A stretch of 64,000 nt of DNA from an uncultured delta proteobacterium (lineage in GTDB: Bacteria > Desulfobacterota > Desulfobacteria > Desulfobacterales > UBA2156), in the NCBI GenBank assembly GCA_963736855.1, contig CAVTQK010000024.1, positions 128,001 to 192,000 on the forward strand, given 5' to 3'. Positions 18,876 to 29,528 of this stretch are shown piece by piece (positions within the stretch are counted from its first letter, which is position 1; each line of letters starts with the position of its first letter). The notes under the pieces were generated by a model that was not told the origin of the DNA, did no database searches, and worked only from the letters and a program-made list of their open reading frames with translations. A program made the translations under genes and the position numbers.

Positions 18876-19496
18876 TTATTCTTTTTGGCAATCCTGTAAC
18901 AGGGTGTCACCTGCTCCATCTACTCCAAGACGGTATGCTTTCGGACTTTGCCCGGTCCACTCCTTGAAGGCCCGGGTAAAGGAACCAGCTTCCGTGTAAC
19001 CCAGCAAATAGGCTATTTCGGAAACCGAGAGTTTCTGGTTTTTTAGATAATTCATGGCAAGGTTCTTTTTGGTTTCTAGACAGAGACTTTTGAAAACGCT
19101 TCCTTCTCGACGGAGCTTCCGGTTCAGCGTCCATCGGCTTAAATTCAGCTTGTTACAGACGAGCTGGATATCGGCCGGCTCAATGGGAAGACGCTCCAGT
19201 ATAATCCGTTGAACCTTATCAGTGAAATGTTCCCCACTTTCAATATCCACCAACAGTTTTTTCGCGTGCCCGGTCAGCAAGTCATAAATATACAACCGAT
19301 GTCCGGGATTTTTCAGATTAAGATCGGATTGGGCGATTACGAGGGCATCTTCTTTCGCCTTGAATTTCAAGGGTGCCTGAAACACCTCTTCGTACACCTG
19401 AACATACTCGGGTTGGTCGTACTTGAAACGAACCTCAATGGGACGGTAATTGACCCCCGTTAATTTCCGTGTCCTAATAATATCCGACGACCCCAC
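18876..19496 (-). pseudogene. AraC-family regulator, probably 5'-truncated
   Basis: C-terminal HTH LSRWTLNRKL..SVSEIAYLLGYTEAGSFTRAFKEWTGQSP. The N-terminal sensing domain is incomplete and abuts the IS3 relic. Confidence 0.7.
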
Positions 19497-19639
19497 CCGT
19501 GCTTCTGTGTCAGATGCGGTGATCGTCTACACATTGCCCTGAGCCATGCCTGAAGATATGGGCATATAAGCGGGCGGGGACGCGACATGCTGGAATCACT
19601 GCTGCGTCTTCTCCTCTTTCTCAATCACTGCCGGATTAG

Positions 19640-20104
19640 GGAGTTGCCATTAGTCGATAATTTAAGTCGGGAATGCCTGGCGATTCATGTCGATCAGGCC
19701 ATTAAGGGAAAAGATGTAGTCCATGTCATGGAGCGTTTACGACTTTTTGTAGATCGTTGCCCCGAACGGATTCAGGTGGATAACGGGCCTGAGTTTATAT
19801 CCAAAGATCTGGACAAATGGGCCTATGAGAATGGAGTGACGCTTGACTTCTCAAAGTCTGGAAAACCAACAGATAACACACTGATCGAGTCATTTAACGG
19901 CAGTTTCCGGGATGAATGTCTGAATATGAACTGATTTTTATCTATTGACGACGCCAGAAAAAAGGTTGAAGCTTGAAGAAGGGAGTACAATCATTTTCGA
20001 TCACATTCATCGCTAGGAGATTTAACCTCGATGCAGTTTCAGGAGCAACATAGAGGAAGCCAGAAATCTCTACTTTTGATTGTATAGTTTTTAGGAGAGG
20101 CTCA
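19640..20104 (+). pseudogene. IS3-family transposase (integrase core) 3' fragment with right end
   Basis: VDNLSRECL, IQVDNGPEFIS, GKPTDN..IESFNGSFRDECLN, then *FLSIDDARKKVEA*RREYNHFRSHSSLG with two in-frame TGA stops; ends ..GGAGAGGCTCA. Confidence 0.85.
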
Positions 20105-20168
20105 TCACAGTGCATTTTCGTTTGCGATCCGGAGCCAAAAGGGGACTAATTACTAAAGGTAAGAAAAT

Positions 20169-21371
20169 ATGTGGACTCGCCGCCCAGCGCAATTCGTCGT
20201 GCTTATTATGTTTATGACGCTCAGTGGAAGTTGTGCAACCGTGAAGACCATCGGAGAGAGCACTAAAAAAGTCGTCAAAGGTAAGGATATCGACACAAAG
20301 GGCTTGGAAAAGGCCATAGCGGAAGATACGAAGAAAATCGAAGCCCAGTTGCAACAATTGCGCCGCAAGTTCGAGGAAGCCCTCGCGAAGCTCGAGGCCA
20401 ACGTGCAGAAACACTGGGGCAAGAAGGACACCAAGGTCGCCACACGCACCGTGTATGTGAAATATACTCAGAATTACACGAACCGTGTCGTCACCGACTT
20501 CGACCACGGCTTGCTCACTGTCGAGACCCTGGACGACAAGAATCCGCAGGATAGTCTCAAGGCCTCCATCGTCGCCGCGCTCCTCACATCGAACGACCCT
20601 GCGTCCGTGGACCTTTTCTCTGACAAGGATGTCACCTTGGATTCAAACCGTACTCCTTATCTTTATGGCCTCGTGCTTGACAACAACGGCAAGCCAATCC
20701 GCACGCGTAAGCAGGCGGAAAATTTCGCAAGTTTTCTTGTGCCAAATAAAATCCAAACGCGTGTGGTAAAATCAGAGCAGGGCGAAAAGAAGACATTATT
20801 CGTGAAGCTCGCTATGGTCAAGAACTTTGAAGCGAAGGGGGCGGAGCGTTACCGCAGTAGCGTGCTCAAATACTCTGCACAATATCAAGTCAGCCCGAGC
20901 CTCGTGTTTGCGATCATTCGGACCGAAAGTAACTTCAACCCGTTTGCCGTGAGCGGAGCGCCCGCCTATGGACTGATGCAGCTCGTTCCCACGAGCGGTG
21001 GCCGTGCTGCCTACCGACGGGTGGAGGGTGTGGACCAGATTCCAACGGTCGAGCATCTATTCGACCCTGAACGAAACATTGAGCTCGGCACAGCATATTT
21101 GAGCGTGCTCAATGACAACGAGTTCCGCGCTGTCGATAGCCATAATTCGCGCGACTACTGCGTCATCGCGGCTTACAACACGGGCCCGTCCAACGTAACC
21201 CGTACATTTGCGAGGGACAAGAACGAGGCTCTCAAGGTCATCAACAGCCTTAATCCCTCGGAGTTGTTCGACCGGATGAGAACATCACTGCCCCGCCAGG
21301 AAACACGTCGATATATCGAGAAGGTCACGAGCTATCGAAAACAGTTCGTGGACACTGCGGCTGTCCAATAA
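20169..21371 (+). CDS. mltC: Membrane-bound lytic murein transglycosylase C-like lipoprotein (DUF3393 + SLT domain)
   Basis: Lipobox-like SGSC; YVKYT; IIRTESNFNPFAVS, GLMQL, NIELGTAYL, AAYNTG and ETRRY. Confidence 0.85.
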   Translation: MWTRRPAQFVVLIMFMTLSGSCATVKTIGESTKKVVKGKDIDTKGLEKAIAEDTKKIEAQLQQLRRKFEEALAKLEANVQKHWGKKDTKVATRTVYVKYTQNYTNRVVTDFDHGLLTVETLDDKNPQDSLKASIVAALLTSNDPASVDLFSDKDVTLDSNRTPYLYGLVLDNNGKPIRTRKQAENFASFLVPNKIQTRVVKSEQGEKKTLFVKLAMVKNFEAKGAERYRSSVLKYSAQYQVSPSLVFAIIRTESNFNPFAVSGAPAYGLMQLVPTSGGRAAYRRVEGVDQIPTVEHLFDPERNIELGTAYLSVLNDNEFRAVDSHNSRDYCVIAAYNTGPSNVTRTFARDKNEALKVINSLNPSELFDRMRTSLPRQETRRYIEKVTSYRKQFVDTAAVQ

Positions 21372-21690
21372 GTACAATCCCTGACCCACTGTGGTAGTAA
21401 AATTGACATGCTTCTAAGCCTCATTTTTCAATTAAAGCAAGCGCATTAATTTATTTTCGCAGGTAATCCGCGCCTATTTATGGACACCTCGAATTGCATT
21501 CTGTTGGAATCGAATTCTGCTGCGTATATAATTTAGCTCTTCTTGAAGTCTTACATTTACCTATGAAGGCCCCCCATGTGACGGTCTCTATTGTGAGGGC
21601 TGTAATGGTACTATTTCTTATCATAGGTGGCTATAAACTCTTCTACCCTCCGACCTCTGCCCTCTGATCTCTGCCCTCAGAACTTTTTTC

Positions 21691-21720
21691 TTGACTCTAA
21701 TCATTATGAATGACTATAAT
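21691..21720 (+). promoter_or_regulatory. Putative sigma70 promoter for the AAA+ ATPase gene
   Basis: TTGACT-N18-TATAAT about 40 bp upstream of the start codon. Confidence 0.5.
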
Positions 21721-21762
21721 ACGGTCAATTTTCAATGAAAAATCACGGCAAATAGGACAAAA

Positions 21763-22917
21763 ATGATTAGACGGATACTTAAAGACCCGAACCACAGCTT
21801 TTTTCTTCTGGGTCCTCGGGGCACCGGCAAAAGCACCTGGCTTCGGGCGACCTTCCCCGAGGCCTATTGGGTGGACTTGCTGTCCGAAGACACCTATCAA
21901 CGGCTTCTCGCCCAACCGGGTCTTTTTGCCGATGAACTGCGAGCCCTTCCCTCGGGCCAAAAGGTGATCGTTGATGAAGTACAGCGCTTGCCCAACTTGT
22001 TGAACGAGGTACATCGGCTGATAGAAGAAAAGCGGCTCCGGTTTATATTGTGCGGATCCAGTGCGCGAAAATTAAAACGGACCGGGGTCAATCTCCTGGC
22101 CGGTCGGGTCTTGATGCGTTATATGCATCCTTTTACTCCCGCTGAATTGGGGAACCGTTTCGATCTCGAACAGGCCCTCCAATTCGGTTTATTGCCGATT
22201 GTCTGGGATTCTCCACAAAAGGCCGAAACCCTGGCCGCTTATGCCCAGCTTTATTTAAGGGAAGAGATTCAAGCCGAAGCCCTGATACGAAATCTGCCTG
22301 GCTTCGCCCGTTTCCTGCCTGTTGCTGCCCTTTTCCACGGCCAAAACATCAATACTACCAACATTGCCAGGGAAGCGGGGGTGGCAAGAACCACTGTGGC
22401 TGGGTTTTTACAGATCCTTGAAGAAACACTGCTTTGTTTTCAGATACCCGCCTATGAAGCCAAACTTCGCGTCAGGGAGCGCAAGCAGCCAAAATGGTAT
22501 TGGTGCGATCCGGGACTGGTCCGGGCCATGAAACGGGCCTCAGGCGGTGTTGTCGTAGAGGAAAAGGGGGCTTTGTTTGAAGGATTGGTGGCCCAGTTGA
22601 TCCGGGCCTCAATAGATTACCATGGCCTTGGCGCTGAATGTTATTATTGGGCTCCTGCCTCAAAAGCCGGGACAGAAGTGGATTTTCTGTTGGTTAAGGG
22701 GAGAACGATCATTGCGGTTGAGGCCAAGTCAGGGAGGAATTTTTCGGAAAGCTGGTGCAAAGGGCTTCGGGCCGTGGCTCCTCTCAAAGGCCTGCAACGC
22801 CGCATCATTGTTTATCCCTCCGGCCCGAGTCTGAAAACCGAGGACGGTATCGAAATCATCCCCTTCCTCCGTTTTTCAGAACAATTAACCCAGGATTTTT
22901 TTAATAACAAAAAATAG
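21763..22917 (+). CDS. AAA+ ATPase with a DUF4143 C-terminal domain
   Basis: Motifs GPRGTGKST, IVDEVQ, LCGSSA, LAGR, CDPGL and EVDFL..VEAKS. Confidence 0.88.
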   Translation: MIRRILKDPNHSFFLLGPRGTGKSTWLRATFPEAYWVDLLSEDTYQRLLAQPGLFADELRALPSGQKVIVDEVQRLPNLLNEVHRLIEEKRLRFILCGSSARKLKRTGVNLLAGRVLMRYMHPFTPAELGNRFDLEQALQFGLLPIVWDSPQKAETLAAYAQLYLREEIQAEALIRNLPGFARFLPVAALFHGQNINTTNIAREAGVARTTVAGFLQILEETLLCFQIPAYEAKLRVRERKQPKWYWCDPGLVRAMKRASGGVVVEEKGALFEGLVAQLIRASIDYHGLGAECYYWAPASKAGTEVDFLLVKGRTIIAVEAKSGRNFSESWCKGLRAVAPLKGLQRRIIVYPSGPSLKTEDGIEIIPFLRFSEQLTQDFFNNKK

Positions 22918-23029
22918 TGGCGGATCGAGCGATGGCTCTCTGAACTGGCTTGCCCAACAAAAGGACGTTATCACTATAATACAGCACAACGTGTTGCCAG
23001 TTTTTCAGCGCCTGTTAAAAACTCTTCAA

Positions 23030-23471
23030 CTCTAAATGCCAAGGGGAAATGCGGATGGTCGCATTTATTGAAGATTTGGATGTATTCAAAATAAATACTC
23101 AACTATCTGGATTTATAAGAATCCAAACACCCGATAAGGCCAGTGGCTCATGCCCAGCCAATCATGGAATCCTCCGCATACGACGACAGCCCTCAGCCTT
23201 CCGCCGAGGACTTCATCGCCGACCCAGTTTATCCCATGGATGCTTATTTTTAAAAACCCGTCAGCGCTGGTCTGTCGAGCCATGCCCGAATCTGTAAAAA
23301 TAATGGCCTTCTGCCGCTACAATGCCGATTGACAGCACAATCACCTTCTGTTATTTTAATATTCATTATCCTCGACAATTTCAGCTTTCCATATCTTGGG
23401 GTGTCGATCGCGGCAAAACACAATCCGTTTCCGGGATCCATTCCCATGTAAACAAGCGGATTCTTATCAAT
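23030..23471 (+). pseudogene. Second IS91-family transposase C-terminal relic plus ori-type end
   Basis: KCQGEMRMVAFIEDLDV and ..DFIADPVYPMDAYF*; ends GGATTCTTATCAAT; direct homologue of about 17600-17894. Confidence 0.72.
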
Positions 23472-23796
23472 AATAATAAACGAGATGAAGCCTGCACGCG
23501 AAGTAGGGCGTCGATGGATGGTGTCGGGACAGGGTTAGACCTCGTAAATAGATAGTTAAGCGGGATGGAGGTTAGATCTCAATAATCAGTAATCCATTGA
23601 TACGAACCCAATAAATTGTACTTGGGGTTGCGAAGGTATGGGTCCACCACCGCCATGAGCACAGCGATTCGGCGGTTCGGTGGGCTTCTGACGAGCGACC
23701 GTAAACACGGTTAGCATTCTCTAAGGTCGAAGCAAAGTTTTTGAAATGTAGCCCCGACCTTAATGAGCCAGAATTTGCGGACGGGGGCTTGAATCG

Positions 23797-24426
23797 ATGG
23801 CTGAAAAGTACATCGTGAATCAGGGCGACTGCCTGTCCTCTATCGCCGCTGAGCGCGGGCTGTTCTGGCAGACGATCTGGAACGATCCGGCTAATTCGCG
23901 GCTTAAAAGCAAGCGGAAGGATCCCAACGTCCTCTGCCCCGGAGATGTGGTCATGCTTCACGATAAGAGGCCAAAGTCCGCCCCGGCTGCCACCGACCGC
24001 CGACACCGGTTCTGTCGCAAGGGCGTCCCGGAGAAACTCCTGCTCCAAATCATCGAGGATGGACAGCCCAGGGCCAACGAGTCGTATACCCTCGATATAG
24101 ATGGAGCTTTGATACAGGGAGTTACCGACGCGGAGGGGCGTGTCGAGGAGGCGATCCCTCCCAATGCCAAAAAGGCTCGTCTCTTGCTCGGGAATGAACA
24201 GACGGAATATCGGCTCGACCTTGGACACCTCGATCCCATCGACCTGTTATCGGGAGTTCAGGCGCGCCTGAACAGCCTTGGCTACGACTGCGGCGTCGCT
24301 GATGGTACTCCTGGACCCAGAACCGAAGCCGCCTTAAAGCGCTTCCAGCAGGAACACTCATTAACGGAATCCGGGACCGCCGACCAACAAACCCAACAAA
24401 AACTCCGCGAGGTATACGGGCGCTAA
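23797..24426 (+). CDS. LysM-like N-terminal + PG_binding_1 C-terminal protein
   Basis: N-terminal YIVNQGDCLSSIA..IWNDPAN..DPNVLCPGD; C-terminal GVQARLNSLGYDCGVADGTPGPRTEAALKRFQ. Confidence 0.82.
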   Translation: MAEKYIVNQGDCLSSIAAERGLFWQTIWNDPANSRLKSKRKDPNVLCPGDVVMLHDKRPKSAPAATDRRHRFCRKGVPEKLLLQIIEDGQPRANESYTLDIDGALIQGVTDAEGRVEEAIPPNAKKARLLLGNEQTEYRLDLGHLDPIDLLSGVQARLNSLGYDCGVADGTPGPRTEAALKRFQQEHSLTESGTADQQTQQKLREVYGR

Positions 24427-24436
24427 TTCTTTCGCG

Positions 24437-25867
24437 ATGAGTCTCTACGTAAAGATTATCGACGGAACGACCACCCGTGTGGTCGCTCCGTTGGAGGTTC
24501 TCAATTGGGATGGCAGTCGCTGGGCCACCCCGCCGGAGAAGCGAATCCTCGTTAAGATCCACGACGTTAATAGGGACGTCTGGATATCGCCCGATGAGTT
24601 TCGCGACGACCACTACTTCTTCAGTCAGCGTTTCTCCGACGTCACGGCCCGCCGCTACGAGATCTACCATCCCAGATACCCTAAACAACGCCTCACCGTG
24701 TCACCTGGCGGTTCAACGCATTACGTGGCCCGCTCCGCTCCGCAACAGCAGATCACCTCAGGAAGCCATCGAATCGAAGTACGGCTCACGCCGCATCATC
24801 TCGTGCCTTTCACGGGTCGCGACCGATTCGTCTTCGGAGCGAACCTTGCGTGGCTCGATGGCCAGTACGATCATGATTTCGGATCCAACTTTTTGTATAC
24901 CCCAGCACGCTCCGCTTACCTGGATCCCACTCATACGGATTACCGAATCCGGTTGCAAAATCTCGAAACGTACTTTGAACATATGAGGAAAGGATTTGAG
25001 TGCAGGGTGGTCAGGGTCTGGGTTTTCGAGGGGTGGGAGGGATTGATCCACAGCGGAAGTACTGTGGCCATGGATGCCGTCCTCCAGACGAGTGTTCAGA
25101 AGATACTGGAAATCGCCGAAATCAAGGACCTCTACATCTATTGGTGCTTGCTAACCTCCAAACCTGAACACCGGGCCTTTCCCATGGACTCGTGGATTAT
25201 CAACAGTGCGAGAAATCCGGGATCAAGTCCGTTTCTCAATCGCGCCTTGCTGTCATTTTGCCTGGCCATTCAAGGTCATCCTCGGACGTTCGCCATTGAT
25301 GTCATGAACGAACCAGAGAAGTATGTTGCCCGTGGAAATGTGAGCTGGGATGTGATGCGCACGTACATTAGGGAAAGTTGTCGTAAAATTAAGGGCTACT
25401 TGGGACAATCGGTGCTCGTCTCATGTGGAAGTAAGGGGACGGGGTGGGTAGGGGAAACGACGTTTGTCGAAACCATGAGAAATTATATTGGACTGGGATT
25501 GGATTTTTACGACTTTCATATCTATAACGACACGGGCGATTTGCCCATGAGTTATGATAATCTCTATAAGGAACTGCATACGGCAACACAACTGCTGGAC
25601 AAACCTTGTATTGTCGGGGAGTGCGGCCAAAAGAGAACGGGTTTCCTCGATGACTTTCAGAAGGGAGTTGTCACGAATTTCATGCAGCAAGCATGGCATC
25701 TGGGCTTCGGTGGATGCCTGGTCTGGAATTACAACTATAACAACTTCGAGTACGTCAAGAGGAATATTGATCACTACCACTCTCTCATTTATCGCAACGG
25801 TTCCGCCAGACCGGTCGCTGGGCCGATGAGTGCCTTTGCCGGGAATTATGGGGCCTATATGCTGTAG
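24437..25867 (+). CDS. Clan GH-A (GH5-like) glycoside hydrolase with an unknown N-terminal domain
   Basis: Motifs GANLAW, VRVWVF, DVMNEPE (acid/base Glu), LDFYDFHIY, KPCIVGECG (nucleophile Glu) and GCLVW. Confidence 0.75.
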   Translation: MSLYVKIIDGTTTRVVAPLEVLNWDGSRWATPPEKRILVKIHDVNRDVWISPDEFRDDHYFFSQRFSDVTARRYEIYHPRYPKQRLTVSPGGSTHYVARSAPQQQITSGSHRIEVRLTPHHLVPFTGRDRFVFGANLAWLDGQYDHDFGSNFLYTPARSAYLDPTHTDYRIRLQNLETYFEHMRKGFECRVVRVWVFEGWEGLIHSGSTVAMDAVLQTSVQKILEIAEIKDLYIYWCLLTSKPEHRAFPMDSWIINSARNPGSSPFLNRALLSFCLAIQGHPRTFAIDVMNEPEKYVARGNVSWDVMRTYIRESCRKIKGYLGQSVLVSCGSKGTGWVGETTFVETMRNYIGLGLDFYDFHIYNDTGDLPMSYDNLYKELHTATQLLDKPCIVGECGQKRTGFLDDFQKGVVTNFMQQAWHLGFGGCLVWNYNYNNFEYVKRNIDHYHSLIYRNGSARPVAGPMSAFAGNYGAYML

Positions 25868-25903
25868 GGGAGCCAACGAGCATGGAAGTGGAGTGTTGGA
25901 GAG

Positions 25904-26266
25904 ATGGCTGAAGAGTACATGGTGAAACAAGGCGATTGCATCGAGAGTATCGCTTTCCGGCGTGGATTGCTCCGGAAGAAGATCTGGAACGTCGGGGCGA
26001 ATACGGCCTTGAAGACGGAGCGGAAGGGTCCGAACGTGCCTCTGCTCGGAGACAAGCTAACCATCCCACCGATCCAAGCCAGGAAAGAAGCGGATGCGAC
26101 CGAGCAGCGCCATGTGTTCCGGTGGCGCGATGTGCCATCGAAGATGAAGCTGCGGTTTCTGACCGATGACCATAAACCCAGGGCCAATGAGCCGCATGCC
26201 CTGCAAATCGAGGGTGAGTTGTCGAGCGGGGCGCTCGACGTGGAGATCCCCATCCTCAGGAGATGA
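25904..26266 (+). pseudogene. Truncated paralogue of the LysM/PG-binding protein
   Basis: MAEEYMVKQGDCIESIA..ATEQRHVF..PRANE aligns to 23797-24426 but stops before the PG-binding domain. Confidence 0.75.
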
Positions 26267-26538
26267 GGGTAATGGGGTCATCATAGAACGTTGTCGATAC
26301 ATTTTTGAACAGAGATGAAATCCGGTTGACCTCCTTTCTGAAGTTTTGGTGGTTTTTTCGATCGGCGGTTCGTTTTACCACGATGGCATCTTTCAACCCC
26401 TGATGACTGATGTAGGTGTCTGTGGTGTTTCTCTGATAAGGGCTGCTAAAGTTGAGTAAAAAGCTTCGCTGAACTTTACTGCTACGCAAAATGCATTTTC
26501 CGACACATTTGACCTATTCTTTAGCGAAGCTTTTGGCG

Positions 26539-26574
26539 AAAAAAAAGGAATTGGAAAAGATTTCCCAAGTCCTT
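26539..26574 (-). terminator. Hairpin plus U-tract downstream of tRNA-Leu
   Basis: Minus strand AAGGACTTGGGA-AATCTTT-TCCAATTCCTT followed by a T run. Confidence 0.6.
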
Positions 26575-26585
26575 GATTTTATTGA

Positions 26586-26670
26586 TGGTGCCGAAGGCCG
26601 GACTTGAACCGGCACGGGTCTCCCCACTACCCCCTCAAGATAGCGTGTCTACCAGTTCCACCACTTCGGC
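26586..26670 (-). tRNA. tRNA-Leu (anticodon GAG)
   Basis: GCCGAAGTGGTGGAACTGGTAGACACGCTATCTTGAGGGGGTAG..GGTTCAAGTCCGGCCTTCGGCACCA; long variable arm, encoded CCA, usual position after secG. Confidence 0.96.
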
Positions 26671-26680
26671 ACAAAGGATT

Positions 26681-27064
26681 TCATTTCTGCGGGGTTTCCA
26701 TCGGGGTGCCCTGTTGGGTCGCGGCGGCCGGTTGGCTGTCGGTTGGGGCCGGCGCAGCCGGTGCATCAGGCACTGCCGGAGCGCTTTGTTCCATTGGCGC
26801 TTTTTCCTGGGTCATGATGGATGTGTCGGTCCGCGGACCGGCGGTGATGTAAGCCAGTGTCAGGGAGGTGATCATGAAAATGATTGCCGCAATGGTCGTC
26901 GCTTTGCTCAAGAACGTGGAAGCACCGGTGCTGCCGAACAGGGTCTGACTGGCTCCTCCGCCGAACGCGGCGCCCATGTCCGCTCCTTTGCCGGTTTGCA
27001 GCAGCACGATCATGATCAGCGCCACGCACACAATCACATGCAGTACAATAATCAAGGTTGTCAT
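26681..27064 (-). CDS. secG: Preprotein translocase subunit SecG
   Basis: VLLQTGKGADMGAAFGGG..FGS; follows tpiA. Confidence 0.95.
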   Translation of the reverse strand: MTTLIIVLHVIVCVALIMIVLLQTGKGADMGAAFGGGASQTLFGSTGASTFLSKATTIAAIIFMITSLTLAYITAGPRTDTSIMTQEKAPMEQSAPAVPDAPAAPAPTDSQPAAATQQGTPMETPQK

Positions 27065-27080
27065 ATGACTCAATCCGCCT

Positions 27081-27839
27081 CTAATATCTGATGATTTTTA
27101 AAAACGTCTCCGGATTCAGGCTCGCCCCGCCCACGAGGCCACCGTCCACATCGGGCATCGCCATGAGTTCGGCGATGTTGTCGGGTTTTACGCTTCCGCC
27201 GTAAAGGATTCGCACACCATCGGCGGTCTCCTGGTCGATGGCCTTTGCAATCCAATTCCGAACAAAGGCATGCACCTCCTGTGCCTGGTCGCTGGTGGCG
27301 GTTTTCCCGGTTCCGATGGCCCAGACCGGCTCATAGGCCACGACCCAGGCTTCCGGATTATCTAAAACCAAACTTTTTAAACCATTGGAAAGCTGTTTGT
27401 CAAGTACAGAAAAGGTTTCACCGGCCTCACGTTGGGGTTCGGTTTCACCAATGCATATAACAGGAATCAAACCGGCATCAATAGCGGCCTTGCATTTTTT
27501 ATTGACCTTTTCGTCCGTCTCCCCAAAATATTGGCGCCTTTCAGAATGTCCGATGATGACGAAACGACATCCGGCAGAGACCAGCATAGGCCCCGATATT
27601 TCGCCGGTGTAAGCTCCTTCTTTTTCCCAGAACAGGTTCTGGGCGCCCAGCGCGACGCGGGTTCCCTTGAGCACTTCAGATACGGCGGTCAGGGCGGTGA
27701 AAGGTGGAGCGATCATCACCTGGGCGCCTCCATCTCGGTCGGCGAGCTTTTTAGCCAGCGAACCGGCGGATTCCACGGCCTCGGCAACGGTTTTGAACAT
27801 TTTCCAGTTTCCGGCAATCAACGGAATTCGTTTCTTCAT
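27081..27839 (-). CDS. tpiA: Triosephosphate isomerase
   Basis: Motifs AGNWKM, GHSERR, AYEPVWAIGTG and LVGGASL. Confidence 0.97.
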   Translation of the reverse strand: MKKRIPLIAGNWKMFKTVAEAVESAGSLAKKLADRDGGAQVMIAPPFTALTAVSEVLKGTRVALGAQNLFWEKEGAYTGEISGPMLVSAGCRFVIIGHSERRQYFGETDEKVNKKCKAAIDAGLIPVICIGETEPQREAGETFSVLDKQLSNGLKSLVLDNPEAWVVAYEPVWAIGTGKTATSDQAQEVHAFVRNWIAKAIDQETADGVRILYGGSVKPDNIAELMAMPDVDGGLVGGASLNPETFLKIIRY

Positions 27840-27879
27840 GAGCTCTCCGTTTCTATCGATCCTGAATGGTCATTCAAGC

Positions 27880-28915
<1,036 letters not shown>

Positions 28916-29025
28916 TTATACCGTTATACCGTATTTGCGCGAATCGGTGTATGGTACCTCTTCTTGCTATTAAACCCCGAAGCATTGGTTGCCTTTAATG
29001 CTCCGGGACGGAGTTGGAAAATCGG

Positions 29026-29439
29026 TTAGCTGCGTTTGTTTCCCCTTAAAATGCCGCTGGCCAGGGAAATGCTTTTTTTCCCGAACTCTTCGAGATATTT
29101 CCCCAACTTTCCAAGTTCCATCTGACTGCGGGCGTCCACAGCCTTGATTACCAGGGGAAGGTTGACCCCTGTTAAAACGTCCACGCGTCCTTCCTCCAGA
29201 AAGGAGTAGCTGAGGTTGGAAGGAGAACCGCCGAACATGTCCGTTAAGATCAATATGCCTTTTTTCCGATCGACCTTCTTGATGCCGTCCGAGATTTTTG
29301 CCCTGAGTTTATCAACCGGTTCATTGATATTGATAGAGACCGCTAAAACGGACTCCGGCAGACCGCTTAGTATGGACGAAGCCGCTTCAATCAGCGCTTC
29401 TCCCAGTTGGCCATGGGTGACGATGACGATTCCGATCAT
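29026..29439 (-). CDS. PTS IIA component, mannose/fructose family
   Basis: Motifs IVIVTHG, LTDMFGGSPSN and GVNLP. Confidence 0.9.
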   Translation of the reverse strand: MIGIVIVTHGQLGEALIEAASSILSGLPESVLAVSININEPVDKLRAKISDGIKKVDRKKGILILTDMFGGSPSNLSYSFLEEGRVDVLTGVNLPLVIKAVDARSQMELGKLGKYLEEFGKKSISLASGILRGNKRS

Positions 29440-29528
29440 GGTTTTCCTGCCTGATAATACTGTTTATCTGCGATGGCGCTGATGGTCATGCTCACAAGGG
29501 ATTTTCTTTATAACCTTGCCGTCGTGGT

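Noticed and set aside
19932..19977. Selenocysteine or alternative-code readthrough of TGA codons (also at 47860)
   Set aside because: The IS3 stops sit at Trp positions in a decayed element, and the 47860 stop is explained by indels. There is no Cys-equivalent context.
26256..26489. 77-aa ORF next to the tRNA as a possible integrase remnant
   Set aside because: No recognisable tyrosine- or serine-recombinase motif; it cannot be supported.
26573..27091. Plus-strand ORFs 26573-27091 and 26604-26852
   Set aside because: They are antisense to tRNA-Leu and secG.
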